IMG/VR virus record: IMGVR_UViG_3300046408_000007 | Span: 1 to 45,540 of that record | DNA length: 45,540 nt | Direction: 5' to 3' (one strand) | Origin: a virus | Taxonomy: Duplodnaviria; Caudoviricetes | In this document: positions 7,424 through 16,973 of the stretch, one piece after another | How positions within the stretch are numbered: the first letter of the stretch is position 1 | Layout: each line of letters begins with the position of its first letter | Position numbers and translations under genes: made by a program | The notes under the pieces: model-generated | Told to the model about the DNA's origin: nothing | What the model saw: the letters and a program-made list of their open reading frames with translations, nothing else | Database searches by the model: none

Positions 7424-7875
7424 CACCCCGCAAACGCGAGCCCTACAAGCAGACACCAGCACGTACGGCAGCTAGCAAAGCCAACCTCGTCAAGGCCAGG
7501 GCGGCGCAGAAGGGCAAGCCGAGGACGGCACGGCAGAAGGCCGCTGACCTTCGCAACATCGCCCTTGCGCACCAGCACAACAAGGGCCGCCACTACACGC
7601 AGAGCCCGAAGCAACGAGCAGCCAGCCTCGCCGCGCTACGCAAGGCGCGGATCGCACAACACGGCAAGCCACGCTCGGCAGCGCAGAAGGCAGCAGCGCG
7701 GGCGAACCTAGTCCGTGCCAGGGCAGCAGAGAAGCGCCTGCCACGTAGCCCAGCACAGAAGGCAGCCGCCCGAGCCAGCCTCGTCAGGGCACGGGCAGTC
7801 GAAGCGCACCGACCCCGCACGCCGGCACAGAAGGCAGCGCTCGACCGGGCAAGAAAGATGCGCCGCAGGCATTGA
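7417..7875 (+). CDS. Highly basic tandem-repeat protein
   Basis: About 5.5 copies of a ~24-aa unit R(S/T)PAQKAAARANLVRARAA; very K/R/A-rich. Confidence 0.7.
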   Translation: MVAPRKREPYKQTPARTAASKANLVKARAAQKGKPRTARQKAADLRNIALAHQHNKGRHYTQSPKQRAASLAALRKARIAQHGKPRSAAQKAAARANLVRARAAEKRLPRSPAQKAAARASLVRARAVEAHRPRTPAQKAALDRARKMRRRH

Positions 7876-7980
7876 CAAACCGGGCGCTGGCGTGTGGGGG
7901 GTGGGTCAAATGTCTGGTTTGGGTGGAAGAGCAGACCGGCCCGCTTCCTTTTCTATCTCCGACGTTTTCCACCGAATGGC
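7876..7980. other. Probable cos/packaging region
   Basis: Non-coding gap between the HNH block and terS, with a G-run and a pyrimidine-rich tract; inferred from position. Confidence 0.4.
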
Positions 7981-7989
7981 GGTGATCGC

Positions 7990-8295
7990 ATGCCTGGAAG
8001 GCCACGCCGGCTGGCTGCGGTCAGCGATTCGACCCCTTCGGCGCCGCGCGGGCGGCTGAAGTCGGTCACGCGGGCCGCGGGGGATGGCAATCGCCGCGAG
8101 CTGCTGGTGGCGGTGCGGGCGCGGGTTGCGACGGCGGTGGAGGACCCGAACACTCCGGCGCGGGACTTGGCTGCGTTGACGCGGCGGCTGCTGGAGATCG
8201 CCAAGGAGATCGAGTCGATCGACGTGGCTGCGGAAGAGGAGTCGGGTGAGCGCGGCGCCGCCCCGGACGAGGCCTTCGACGAGTCGGCTATCTGA
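7990..8295 (+). CDS. terS: Terminase small subunit
   Basis: TPARDLAALTRRLLEIAKEIE motif; overlaps terL. Confidence 0.75.
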   Translation: MPGRPRRLAAVSDSTPSAPRGRLKSVTRAAGDGNRRELLVAVRARVATAVEDPNTPARDLAALTRRLLEIAKEIESIDVAAEEESGERGAAPDEAFDESAI

Positions 8296-9694
8296 GGTAG
8301 CGCGGCATGTGGTCGCACCCTCGGGCGTCGTCTCGACGGGGTGGCCGGCGGTGCGGGAGAAGTGCCGTGACTTCGGTGTCACGTTCCGCCCGTGGCAGCA
8401 CGGGGCTGGGCAGCTGATCCTCGCGAAGCGCCCCACCGGGAAGTACGCGGCCACGATCGGCGGCACGGGGATGTCGATCCCGCGCCAGGTGGGCAAGACG
8501 TTCCTGGTCGGGTCGATCATCTTCGCGCTGTGCCTGCTGTTGCCGAACCTGACGGTGATCTGGACAGCGCACCGGCTGCGGACGTCGGAAGAGACGTTCA
8601 AGAAGATGCAGGCGTTCGCGCGGCGGAAGAAGATCGCCCCGTACATCGAGAAGGTCGTGCTCGGGTCGGGTGAAGAGGAGATCCGGTTCAAGAACGGGTC
8701 GCGCATCATGTTCGGGGCCCGGGAGCGTGGCTTCGGCCGTGGCTTCGACGAGGTCGACGTTCTGATCTTCGACGAGGCGCAGATCCTCACCGAGAACGCG
8801 CTCGACGACATGATCCCGGCGACGAACCAGACCCGGCAGCCGACGGGTGCCCTGCTGCTGTTCATGGGCACCCCGCCGAAGCCGACCGACCCGGGCGACG
8901 TGTTCCGCCGGATGCGCACCGAGGTGCTGTCCCATGAGGACGGCGACACGGGTTGGATCGAGTTCGGGGCGGACGAGGGTTTCACGCCCACTCCGCTGCC
9001 GGCGCCGCTGACGGCCGCCGACTGGGAGCAGGTGGCGAAGGCCAACCCGTCGTTCCCTGACGACACGCCCCGCGAGGCGATCCTGCGGATGCGTAAGAAG
9101 CTCGGTCCTGAGTCTTTCCTCCGGGAGGGCTTGGGGATCTGGGACGAAGAGGACTCCGCTGGCGCGATCGACCCGGTTACGTGGTCGACGCTGGCCGATC
9201 CGAGGGCTGAGCGCGGCGCCGAGCCGGTGTTCGCGGTTGCTACGGCCCCTGATCGTTCGTGGGCGGCGATCGCGGTGGCGTGGCGGCGCCCTGACGGTGC
9301 GACGCACGTGATGCTGGCGGACTACCGGCCGGGCGCGGCGTGGGTCGAGAGCCGGGTCGCTGATCTGCGGACCCACTGGGAAGGCCGCGTGCTGGTTGAC
9401 GTGGCGTCTCGGGGGGTTGTCCCGGAGGCGGAGGAGCCGTCGGAGTCGGACCAGGCGGTCGCTCACAACCTGATGTCGGACGCGGTTGAGGCCGGCACGG
9501 TGCGTCACGGCAACGAGGCGGCGCTGAACACGGCGGTTCGTGAGGCGGCTTGGAAGCCGAGGGGCAATACGCGCGTGCTGGAGCGTAGGGGCAAGCGGGA
9601 TATCAGCCCGCTCGCCGCGGCGGCGCTGGCGGTGTGGGGCTGCGTCGAGGACGGGCCGAGCGTCTACGAAGCGAAGGGCCTGCTGGTTCTGTGA
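8246..9694 (+). CDS. terL: Terminase large subunit
   Basis: PRQVGKT Walker A, LIFDEAQ Walker B, GTPP, C-terminal DISPL. Confidence 0.95.
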   Translation: MSAAPPRTRPSTSRLSEVARHVVAPSGVVSTGWPAVREKCRDFGVTFRPWQHGAGQLILAKRPTGKYAATIGGTGMSIPRQVGKTFLVGSIIFALCLLLPNLTVIWTAHRLRTSEETFKKMQAFARRKKIAPYIEKVVLGSGEEEIRFKNGSRIMFGARERGFGRGFDEVDVLIFDEAQILTENALDDMIPATNQTRQPTGALLLFMGTPPKPTDPGDVFRRMRTEVLSHEDGDTGWIEFGADEGFTPTPLPAPLTAADWEQVAKANPSFPDDTPREAILRMRKKLGPESFLREGLGIWDEEDSAGAIDPVTWSTLADPRAERGAEPVFAVATAPDRSWAAIAVAWRRPDGATHVMLADYRPGAAWVESRVADLRTHWEGRVLVDVASRGVVPEAEEPSESDQAVAHNLMSDAVEAGTVRHGNEAALNTAVREAAWKPRGNTRVLERRGKRDISPLAAAALAVWGCVEDGPSVYEAKGLLVL

Positions 9695-9906
9695 TGCGCC
9701 GTGACCGGATGCTCCGTGAGTCTGTCCGTGACCGTTTCATCGTCACGACGACCAGCGGTGAAACGTGGGATGGCGTGCTTCGTGAGTGGGACGAGACCCA
9801 CCTGATCTTCGTGCACGTGAAGGCCTTCGTCGACGGCAAGTGGGTCCCGTTCGACGGACAGCTCTGGTTGCAGCGGATCGCTGTCGACTACATGCAGAAG
9901 CCCTAG
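9694..9906 (+). CDS. Small Sm/LSm-like protein
   Basis: RFIVTTTSGETWDGVLREWDETHLIF pattern resembles the Sm1 motif; coupled to terL. Confidence 0.6.
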   Translation: MRRDRMLRESVRDRFIVTTTSGETWDGVLREWDETHLIFVHVKAFVDGKWVPFDGQLWLQRIAVDYMQKP

Positions 9907-9917
9907 GGGGAATCACC

Positions 9918-11159
9918 GTGGCGGTGTTCCTCTCGCAGGGCCAACTGCAGACGTCGAATGGCCCGGACACCTTCGCGGACGCGAACCCGCCGTGGTCGAC
10001 CGGCATGTACTACGGGTCGACGGGTGTGCAGCTGGTCAACCAGTTCGCGGCCTACGGCGCGCTGTACAAGGCGCAGACGTGGGTCTACACGGTTGTCCGG
10101 AAGCTGGCGGTGTCGCAGGCGCGGCTGCCGGTGGTGTCGGAGGACGAGGCGTTGCAGCAGCTGTTGCTGCGGCCGAACCCGAAGACGGACGGGTACACGC
10201 TGCAGGCGTGGACGGTGAGCACGCGGGAGATCTTCGGCGAGGCGATGTGGCTGAAGGTCCGCGACGCGAGTGGCCGGCCGCGGGAGTTGTGGCCGCTGCA
10301 TCCCACGAACCTGACGATCCGGCGGAACCCTGACGGCACCCGGTCGTACCTGTACATGCCTGGCCACTTCAGCGCGTCCACATCGGCGGTGGAGTTCGCG
10401 GAGCGGGACATCATCCACTTCAAGTCGTACAACCCGGAGGGCCCGGAGCGGGGCATGAGCCCGCTGGAGCCACTGCGGTTGACGTTGCTGTCGGAGGATG
10501 CTTCCCGCCGGGCGCAGCAGGCGTTCTGGACGAACGGCGCCCGCCCGGGGGTGCTGCTGTCCACGGACCGCCACCTGTCGGAGGACGCGGCAAAGCGACT
10601 GAAGGCGCAGTGGGATTCGATCCACGCCGGCGTCGACTCGTTCGGGAAGACCGCGGTCCTCGAGGAGGGCCTGAAGCCCACGATCATCCAACTGAACGCC
10701 GAGGAGATGCAGTACATCCAGTCGCGGATCCTGAACCGCGAGGAAGTCTGCGGCGTGTACGACGTGCCACCCCCGGTGATCCACATTCTCGACAAGGCGA
10801 CGTTCTCGAACATCACCGAGCAGATGCGGTCGATGTACCGGGACACGATGGCGCCCCGGCTGGCTGAGTACGAGTCGACGATCGACCACCACCTCGGTGT
10901 GGACTTCGGCGGCGCCGGGACCCTGTTCAGCCTCGACGACGTGCTGCGCGGTTCTCCGGAGCAGCGGGCGGCGGCGAACCAGGCTGCGATCTTCTCCGGG
11001 CAGAAGACGCCGAACGAGGCTCGCGCCGAGGGCGGCCTGGGGCCGCTGCCGGGTGGCGACAAGTTGTACATCAACAGCGCCGCGATCCCGCTGGAGACCG
11101 CAGAGAACAGCCCCGCGCCCGGCACGAACATCGACGTGCTGCCGCAGCGGGTGAGGTAG
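9918..11159 (+). CDS. Portal protein (HK97 type)
   Basis: LLLRPNP, LWPLHP, IIHFK, GMSPL, NGARPG, TPNEAR. Confidence 0.95.
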   Translation: MAVFLSQGQLQTSNGPDTFADANPPWSTGMYYGSTGVQLVNQFAAYGALYKAQTWVYTVVRKLAVSQARLPVVSEDEALQQLLLRPNPKTDGYTLQAWTVSTREIFGEAMWLKVRDASGRPRELWPLHPTNLTIRRNPDGTRSYLYMPGHFSASTSAVEFAERDIIHFKSYNPEGPERGMSPLEPLRLTLLSEDASRRAQQAFWTNGARPGVLLSTDRHLSEDAAKRLKAQWDSIHAGVDSFGKTAVLEEGLKPTIIQLNAEEMQYIQSRILNREEVCGVYDVPPPVIHILDKATFSNITEQMRSMYRDTMAPRLAEYESTIDHHLGVDFGGAGTLFSLDDVLRGSPEQRAAANQAAIFSGQKTPNEARAEGGLGPLPGGDKLYINSAAIPLETAENSPAPGTNIDVLPQRVR

Positions 11160-11183
11160 TCCTATGGACGCGGAGGAGACGGC

Positions 11184-12056
11184 ATGACTGAGGTCATCCG
11201 CAAGGCGCTGGCGCAGATCGAGCCGGGTGTCGACGACGCGACGAGCCCCTTCGGGACGTTCCGGGTGATCCTGTCGGACGCAACCCTGGACCGTGACGGT
11301 GAGAGCTTGGACCCGAGCGAGTGGATCACCCCACTGCCGGACCACATCACCTTCGATATCGACCACGCGATGAACGTGGCAGGCACGGTCGGCTCGGGTC
11401 ATCCGGAACTGGGCGACGACGGCAAATTGTACGTCGACGGTGCGTACTCGTCCCGGCCGCTGGCCCAGGAGGTCCGCGCCCTGGTCAATGAGGGGCACAT
11501 CCGGACGACTTCCGTAGCGTTCCTTCGGAAGAAGGACCAGAAGTCCGGTACGACACGGCGTGAGCTGCTGAATGGCGCGTTCGTGGCGGTGCCGGCGAAC
11601 CCGTCTGCAGTGATCCTCGCGTCGAAGGCGTTCGACCCGGACCACGACGCTGACGTGAAGGCCGGTGCGCGCAACAGCGCGTCGGACTCCGACCGGCTGC
11701 AGCAGATCCACGACCTGTCGGTGACGAACGGGGCGATGTGTGCTGCAGCGAAGGCCGCCCCGGTCGCCCCGCCGGCAGACGACACGTCCGGTGACACCGA
11801 GGACGAATCGCCGGACCAGGCGATCGCCGCGGTGGATGCGGTCATCGACCAGGCCATCGCCCTGCTGGATGGCGTGGATCTGACGACCCTGCCCGATGAG
11901 GTCCAGCAGGCCCTCGCGTTGCTCATGGCCGCCGACGAGACCGTCGACGAGCTCATGGAGGACGAGGGCATCCCCGATCCGGACGAGAAGTCAATCGACG
12001 AGGACGACCTGTACGTGAAGGCGTTCCTGATGGGTCTCGCGACCCTGGCGGCGTAG
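11184..12056 (+). CDS. Prohead protease with acidic scaffold-like tail
   Basis: DRDGE, DH, SVAF and VAVPANP motifs. Confidence 0.9.
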   Translation: MTEVIRKALAQIEPGVDDATSPFGTFRVILSDATLDRDGESLDPSEWITPLPDHITFDIDHAMNVAGTVGSGHPELGDDGKLYVDGAYSSRPLAQEVRALVNEGHIRTTSVAFLRKKDQKSGTTRRELLNGAFVAVPANPSAVILASKAFDPDHDADVKAGARNSASDSDRLQQIHDLSVTNGAMCAAAKAAPVAPPADDTSGDTEDESPDQAIAAVDAVIDQAIALLDGVDLTTLPDEVQQALALLMAADETVDELMEDEGIPDPDEKSIDEDDLYVKAFLMGLATLAA

Positions 12057-12068
12057 CCGCCCCCTGTT

Positions 12069-12099
12069 CATCCCTCGGCGCTGGCCACGCCGAGGGATG
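12069..12099 (+). other. Stem-loop upstream of the capsid gene
   Basis: Perfect 12-bp stem CATCCCTCGGCG / CGCCGAGGGATG with a 7-nt loop. Confidence 0.6.
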
Positions 12100-12172
12100 C
12101 CCGTGGAGACGCGGGCTTCACCCCTCCACTCCCAATGTCGCGTGCACGCGGCATGTCCCGGAAGGACACAAC

Positions 12173-13408
12173 ATGCCCAGTCTCCTCGAGGCCAAGGACA
12201 AGGTCCGTGAACTGTCGGCGAAGGCGCTGACGTTCGCGGAGGACGGCGACCTGACTGCCGCCCAGAAGCGAGCGAAGCTCGAAGAGATCGAGCCGGAGAT
12301 CAAGTCCTGGCTCGATGAGGTGTCGAACCTCGAGTACGTCGAGGACGCGCGCCGGAAGGCGTTCGGCAACTCCGACCCGGCCGAGCCCGCGAGCGTCGAC
12401 GCGACCAACTCCCCGCAGGCCCACAAGACCCCGGGGCAGCAGTTCATCGAGGCCGACGGCTACCGGAACCTGTTCTCCGGCAAGGGCCTCAAGGGCGGCC
12501 AGCGGAGCACCGGCGAGTTCGAGCTCGGCCTGAAGACGACCATCGCCGAGGGCACCACGGGCACGCCGGGCAACGGCTACAGCCTGGTGAGCACCCCGCA
12601 GGTGCTGCCGGGTGTCCTGCCGCTGCTGTACACCCCGCTGACCATCGCGGACCTGATCCCGTCGGGTGCGACGGACAGCCCGTACATGCGGTACCTGGTC
12701 GAGTCCGCGCACACCAACGCCGCCGCGACGGTGGCTGAGGGTGCGGCGAAGCCTGAGGGTGCGGAGACGTTCACCGCGGTCGACACGGTGCTGCACAAGA
12801 TCGCGGAGACGTTCACGGTCACCGACGAGATGCTCGCGGACTTCCCGTTCATCCGGGCGTTCATCGACAACCGCGGCGTGCTCGACGTCCGTACGCAGGA
12901 GGAGGCGCAGCTCCTCAACGGTGACGGCACCGGCGCGAACCTGACCGGCCTGCTGAACCGCGCGGGGCTCACCACCACGATCGTCAAGGGAACTGCCCCG
13001 TCGGTCTCCGGTGACACCGACATGGACGCGGTGTACCGGCAGATCACCGCGATCCGCACCACGGCGTTCGTGGAGCCGAACGCGGTGGTCATCGACCCGA
13101 CGGCGTGGCAGACGATCCTGCTGACGAAGTCGGCGCAGGGCGTCTACTACGCGGGCGGCCCGTTCGCCCCGAACGCGGACAACCTGTGGGGCAAGCGGGT
13201 CGTCGTGACGCCCCGCATGACCGCCGGCGCCGCCCTGGTCGGCGACTTCAACCAGGCACAGATCTTCCGCAAGGGCGGCCTGACCGTCGAGGCGACGAAC
13301 ACTCACCTCGACTACTTCCAGAAGAACCTGACGATGATCCGCATCGAGGAGCGCCTGATGCTGCTCGTCTACCGGCCGGCTGGTTTCGGCCTCGTGACCG
13401 GCCTGTGA
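12173..13408 (+). CDS. Major capsid protein (HK97 fold)
   Basis: VAEGAAKPE, LLNGDGTG, GDF, FQKN, EERL...RP. Confidence 0.95.
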   Translation: MPSLLEAKDKVRELSAKALTFAEDGDLTAAQKRAKLEEIEPEIKSWLDEVSNLEYVEDARRKAFGNSDPAEPASVDATNSPQAHKTPGQQFIEADGYRNLFSGKGLKGGQRSTGEFELGLKTTIAEGTTGTPGNGYSLVSTPQVLPGVLPLLYTPLTIADLIPSGATDSPYMRYLVESAHTNAAATVAEGAAKPEGAETFTAVDTVLHKIAETFTVTDEMLADFPFIRAFIDNRGVLDVRTQEEAQLLNGDGTGANLTGLLNRAGLTTTIVKGTAPSVSGDTDMDAVYRQITAIRTTAFVEPNAVVIDPTAWQTILLTKSAQGVYYAGGPFAPNADNLWGKRVVVTPRMTAGAALVGDFNQAQIFRKGGLTVEATNTHLDYFQKNLTMIRIEERLMLLVYRPAGFGLVTGL

Positions 13409-13743
13409 CCGGCCCGACGCCGAAGACGGTGGTGGACGACAAGTCCGCTGCCGCGGTGGCGAAGGCGGCGGCCAAGGAGACGGTCGTCCACGAGCAGACG
13501 ATCGAGGACGGTGTGGTCGTGTCGACGGGCGCCGTCTCGGCTGAGGTGGGTGTGACGGTGGAGTTCACCGGGGCGCCTGGGGTGGAGATTCGGGTGCGTC
13601 CGGAGGATCTGCCGGAGGAGTCGCGTCCGAAGACGTCGACGGACACGGGTCCGATCCCCCTTCGGGAGGGCCCGTCGGTGAAGGTTGTGGGCGCTCCGTC
13701 TTCGGACGGCCCGCAGCCTGCGTCCACGGCCGAAGGCAAGTAG
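13405..13743 (+). CDS. Hypothetical virion protein
   Basis: GTGA overlap with the capsid stop codon. Confidence 0.6.
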   Translation: MTGPTPKTVVDDKSAAAVAKAAAKETVVHEQTIEDGVVVSTGAVSAEVGVTVEFTGAPGVEIRVRPEDLPEESRPKTSTDTGPIPLREGPSVKVVGAPSSDGPQPASTAEGK

Positions 13744-13749
13744 CTAGCT

Positions 13750-13795
13750 CCACGCAGCCCGGCCGGGCCAGACCAACACCGGCCGGGCTGCGTGG
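13750..13795 (+). terminator. Strong hairpin after the capsid genes
   Basis: Perfect 17-bp inverted repeat CCACGCAGCCCGGCCGG with a 12-nt loop; no U-tract. Confidence 0.65.
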
Positions 13796-13828
13796 TCTGC
13801 ACCATCCATCTGCATAGTGGGAGCGTCG

Positions 13829-14290
13829 ATGCCGCAGTCCGGCTTGCGCCCTGTGGCGACGGTGACAGACGCGGCGACGGGCCGTTCGGTGCTCGGGGCG
13901 CAGGTGCTTGTCACCACGGACGGCACGACCCACGCGACGATCTACGCGCCGGCGGACACGGGCCTTGCGGCGCCGATCGCGAACCCGCTGACGGTCGACT
14001 CGGCGGGCAACTACACCTACCGGGTGTCTCCGCCGGGTGAGTACGACGAGCTGATCGGCGGCGAGCATTTTCCCGTCGACATCACGTCCGACGGCGAGCC
14101 GTTCGTCTTCACGCAGGTTTCCCCGTCGACCACGTGGACGGTGCCGCACGGCCTGGGGCGCAGCCCCGCCGCGGTGACCGTTCGGCTGCCCTCCGGGGAG
14201 CAGGTTCTTGCCGACGTCGTCGACGTCGACTCCAACACCATCGCGGTGCGGTGGGCCACCCCATCGACCGGAACGGTCGAAGTTCTGTAG
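13829..14290 (+). CDS. Putative fibre/decoration protein
   Basis: IANPLTVDSAGNY and TWTVPHGLGRSP motifs of phage fibre proteins. Confidence 0.65.
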   Translation: MPQSGLRPVATVTDAATGRSVLGAQVLVTTDGTTHATIYAPADTGLAAPIANPLTVDSAGNYTYRVSPPGEYDELIGGEHFPVDITSDGEPFVFTQVSPSTTWTVPHGLGRSPAAVTVRLPSGEQVLADVVDVDSNTIAVRWATPSTGTVEVL

Positions 14291-14305
14291 ACGAGAGGCA
14301 CCTCG

Positions 14306-15004
14306 ATGGCGACGAAGGTCGGTAATGGGCTCGACCTGCAGGGGTCCAAGATCATCAACCTTGGGACTCCGAGCTCGGGTACGGACGCCGCCACGATGGC
14401 GTGGGTCAGCGGGCTGATTTCGGGGATCTCGACGGACTGGCACACGCCGGTCCGCGCCGCGAGCGTCGGCGCGAACGTCACGATCTCCGCACCGGGCGCG
14501 AGCCTCGACGCGGTGACGCTCGCCGCGAACGATCGCCTCCTGCTGAAGGACCAGACCACCGCCAGCCAGAACGGCATATGGGTCTTCAACGGCTCCGCGG
14601 CGGCGCTGACCCGGCCGGCCGGCGAGGTGTTCAAGTCCGGCGACACAGTGATCGTCGCCGAGGGCACGGTGAACGACAACAGCCCGTTCGTGCTGGCCAC
14701 GAACGGCGCGATCACGGTCGACACCACAAGCCAGTCGTGGGTGGCGCTGCCGGGCAGCGCTGGAGTGACCCGCAGCTCGCTGGGGGCCACCGGCAAGTAC
14801 GCGCAGACCCTCGGGGACGGCTCGAGCACGAGCATCGCCGTCACCCACGGCCTCGGCACGTCGGACGTGGTGGTGTCGCTGCGGGACGCCACCACCAACG
14901 CGATGCTGCTCACGGACTGGGCGGCTACGTCGACGACGGTGGTGACGCTGACGTTCGCGACCGCCCCGGCAACGAACGCGTACCGCGTCACCATCGTGGG
15001 CTAG
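14306..15004 (+). CDS. Putative fibre/decoration protein
   Basis: KIINLGTP...DAAT; DRLLLKDQT..SQNGIWV; HGLGTSDVVV. Confidence 0.7.
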   Translation: MATKVGNGLDLQGSKIINLGTPSSGTDAATMAWVSGLISGISTDWHTPVRAASVGANVTISAPGASLDAVTLAANDRLLLKDQTTASQNGIWVFNGSAAALTRPAGEVFKSGDTVIVAEGTVNDNSPFVLATNGAITVDTTSQSWVALPGSAGVTRSSLGATGKYAQTLGDGSSTSIAVTHGLGTSDVVVSLRDATTNAMLLTDWAATSTTVVTLTFATAPATNAYRVTIVG

Positions 15005-15007
15005 CCC

Positions 15008-15652
15008 GTGCGGCTCCTCAGCACGCTCCTCGGGTACATCGTGCCGTCGTACGCCGACGCTGCTCACCTGCCCGGGGGTTCCTCGAACACCACCGACCCC
15101 GCGCCGTCGCTCGGCACATTCGCCGCGCGCACCGACGTCGGTCAGGTGCTGGCGTGGCACCCCGGGTCGGGGCGGTGGCTGAACGTCATGGGCGGCGTGC
15201 AGATCGACGTCATCCAGTTCACGTCGGCGGTGACGATCAACCAGTCGGCGTCGAGCTGGACCGACATCCTGACGATCCCGATCCCGCTGCAGATCCCGTG
15301 GAAGTTCGTGCTGGACGTTCCGCTGCAGATCAACCAGGGGTCCGCGGCCGGTGGCACGTCAGGCGTGCCGATCGACTGGCAGTGGCGGCTGGTGGATTCG
15401 GCGGCGACGGCGACGTCCTACACGACGTACTACGCGGGCGGCGGCGGGCGGCTTCCCAGCTTCTCAACGACGAGCGGCGGGTCAGCGATCTTCACCCACC
15501 ACGAGGATCGTCCGCAGCTGGCGCAGGCGGCCGGCGCCAACAACGCGGGGAAGCTCCAGATGATCCTCACGACGACCGGCACGACGGGGTCGATCTTCAC
15601 CCTGTCGGGGAACGCCACCACCGCTGGGACGATGAAGACGGTGACGGTCTGA
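15008..15652 (+). CDS. Putative virion structural protein
   Basis: S/T/G-rich beta-type composition; coupled to the next gene. Confidence 0.6.
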   Translation: MRLLSTLLGYIVPSYADAAHLPGGSSNTTDPAPSLGTFAARTDVGQVLAWHPGSGRWLNVMGGVQIDVIQFTSAVTINQSASSWTDILTIPIPLQIPWKFVLDVPLQINQGSAAGGTSGVPIDWQWRLVDSAATATSYTTYYAGGGGRLPSFSTTSGGSAIFTHHEDRPQLAQAAGANNAGKLQMILTTTGTTGSIFTLSGNATTAGTMKTVTV

Positions 15653-16965
15653 TGGGCACCTACCAGCGTCACTGGTCCTCCAGCAGCCCCCTGGCCAGCG
15701 GCGAGCCGTTCTTCTGCATCCTGCCGAGCAACTGGGACGCGTCGAAGACGTCGACGAACAGGGCGATCTTCGGTTTCCACGGCGCCGGGTCGGGCCCGGA
15801 CGACAAGTCCTACGCCCTCGGCGGCCCGTTCTACGACCACATCCGGGCGCTCGTGGAGGCCGGCTACGCGGTGCTCGCGGCGGACTTCGGCGGGAACAGC
15901 ACGTGGGGTTCCGCGATCCAGGCGTACGACCGGCCGCGGGACATGTACACCTACGCCACCACCACGCTGGGCGTGAGCTCGAGCCACATCGGGCTGATGG
16001 GCCACAGCATGGGCGGCCAGGGTGTCCTGAACTACATCCGGAACTGCTACGCGGCGAGCATCAGCCCGGGGAACGCGGCGTGGCTGTGGTCGCCCCTGAC
16101 GGACCTCGAGGCGATCTACAACAGCGGCACCTACGTGCCGGCGTACACCCCCGGCTACCCGGACAGCCAGGTGTACACGACGAGCGGCGCCGTGTCGGTC
16201 ACGGCTGGTACGGCGACGTCGATCACGGTCACGACGACGATCAGCGGGCCGGCTGCGTCGGGGACGCTGGTGGCGCCGACCAGCTCGGTTCCGTTCAACG
16301 CGGTCAACTACTCGGCGTTCTCGGGGACCACGTTCACGATCCCCACCACCAACACGTTCACGGGGACGATCCCGTCCGGGTCGAAGATCTACACGCACAT
16401 GAACAACCCGGGGACGGGCTACACGTCGCAGGTCGCCTCCGCGCACGGGCTGACGGGGGCGCTGGTGAAGAACGCCGTGACGTCGACGGTGCAGTCGGGG
16501 TCGTCGGTGCAGCTGACGGCCGCGGTGCCCCGGCAGGTGGCGCTGGCGCTGACGCAGGGCGCCACGGTGACGTTCACCCTGGGTGGCACGACGATGACGG
16601 CGGTGGGGGCTCCGACGACCACCACGATCACCGCGGACACGCTGGTGGGGGTGTCGTCGTCGGGTGTGTCCGCGACGTGGGCGGCGAACGCCGCGCTGAC
16701 GTTCACCTACGCGTCGGTGTCGCAGCGCACGAGCCCGCTGGCCAACATCTCCGGTTTCCGCACGGCGATCGGCACGATGCCGATCAAGGTCGCGACGGCG
16801 ACCGATGACGAGGTGCTCGGCTGGAACAGCCAGGCGTACTGGCTGTCGCAGCTGGCCCTGGCGAACGTGACGCAGCGCAGCCCGGCGATCACTGGCGGAC
16901 ACACGGCGCTGTTCCCGAACGTGCCCACCAGCGAGGTCGTCGCCTTCTTCAACAGCTACGTGTAG
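15652..16965 (+). CDS. Alpha/beta hydrolase (esterase) with a large Thr/Ser-rich insertion
   Basis: FHGAG oxyanion loop, GHSMGG nucleophile elbow, TDDEVL Asp, GGH His; true start is the ATG at 15652. Confidence 0.8.
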   Translation: MGTYQRHWSSSSPLASGEPFFCILPSNWDASKTSTNRAIFGFHGAGSGPDDKSYALGGPFYDHIRALVEAGYAVLAADFGGNSTWGSAIQAYDRPRDMYTYATTTLGVSSSHIGLMGHSMGGQGVLNYIRNCYAASISPGNAAWLWSPLTDLEAIYNSGTYVPAYTPGYPDSQVYTTSGAVSVTAGTATSITVTTTISGPAASGTLVAPTSSVPFNAVNYSAFSGTTFTIPTTNTFTGTIPSGSKIYTHMNNPGTGYTSQVASAHGLTGALVKNAVTSTVQSGSSVQLTAAVPRQVALALTQGATVTFTLGGTTMTAVGAPTTTTITADTLVGVSSSGVSATWAANAALTFTYASVSQRTSPLANISGFRTAIGTMPIKVATATDDEVLGWNSQAYWLSQLALANVTQRSPAITGGHTALFPNVPTSEVVAFFNSYV

Positions 16966-16973
16966 GAGCTGAC

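Noticed and set aside
13394-13414. Tandem GTGACCGGCC at the capsid stop codon, as a possible frameshift site
   Set aside because: No slippery sequence; adequately explained by the GTGA coupling overlap.
14401-15651. 854-aa ORF starting at 14401
   Set aside because: The N-terminal half is an Arg-rich shadow frame over two real genes; the hydrolase starts at the coupled ATG at 15652.
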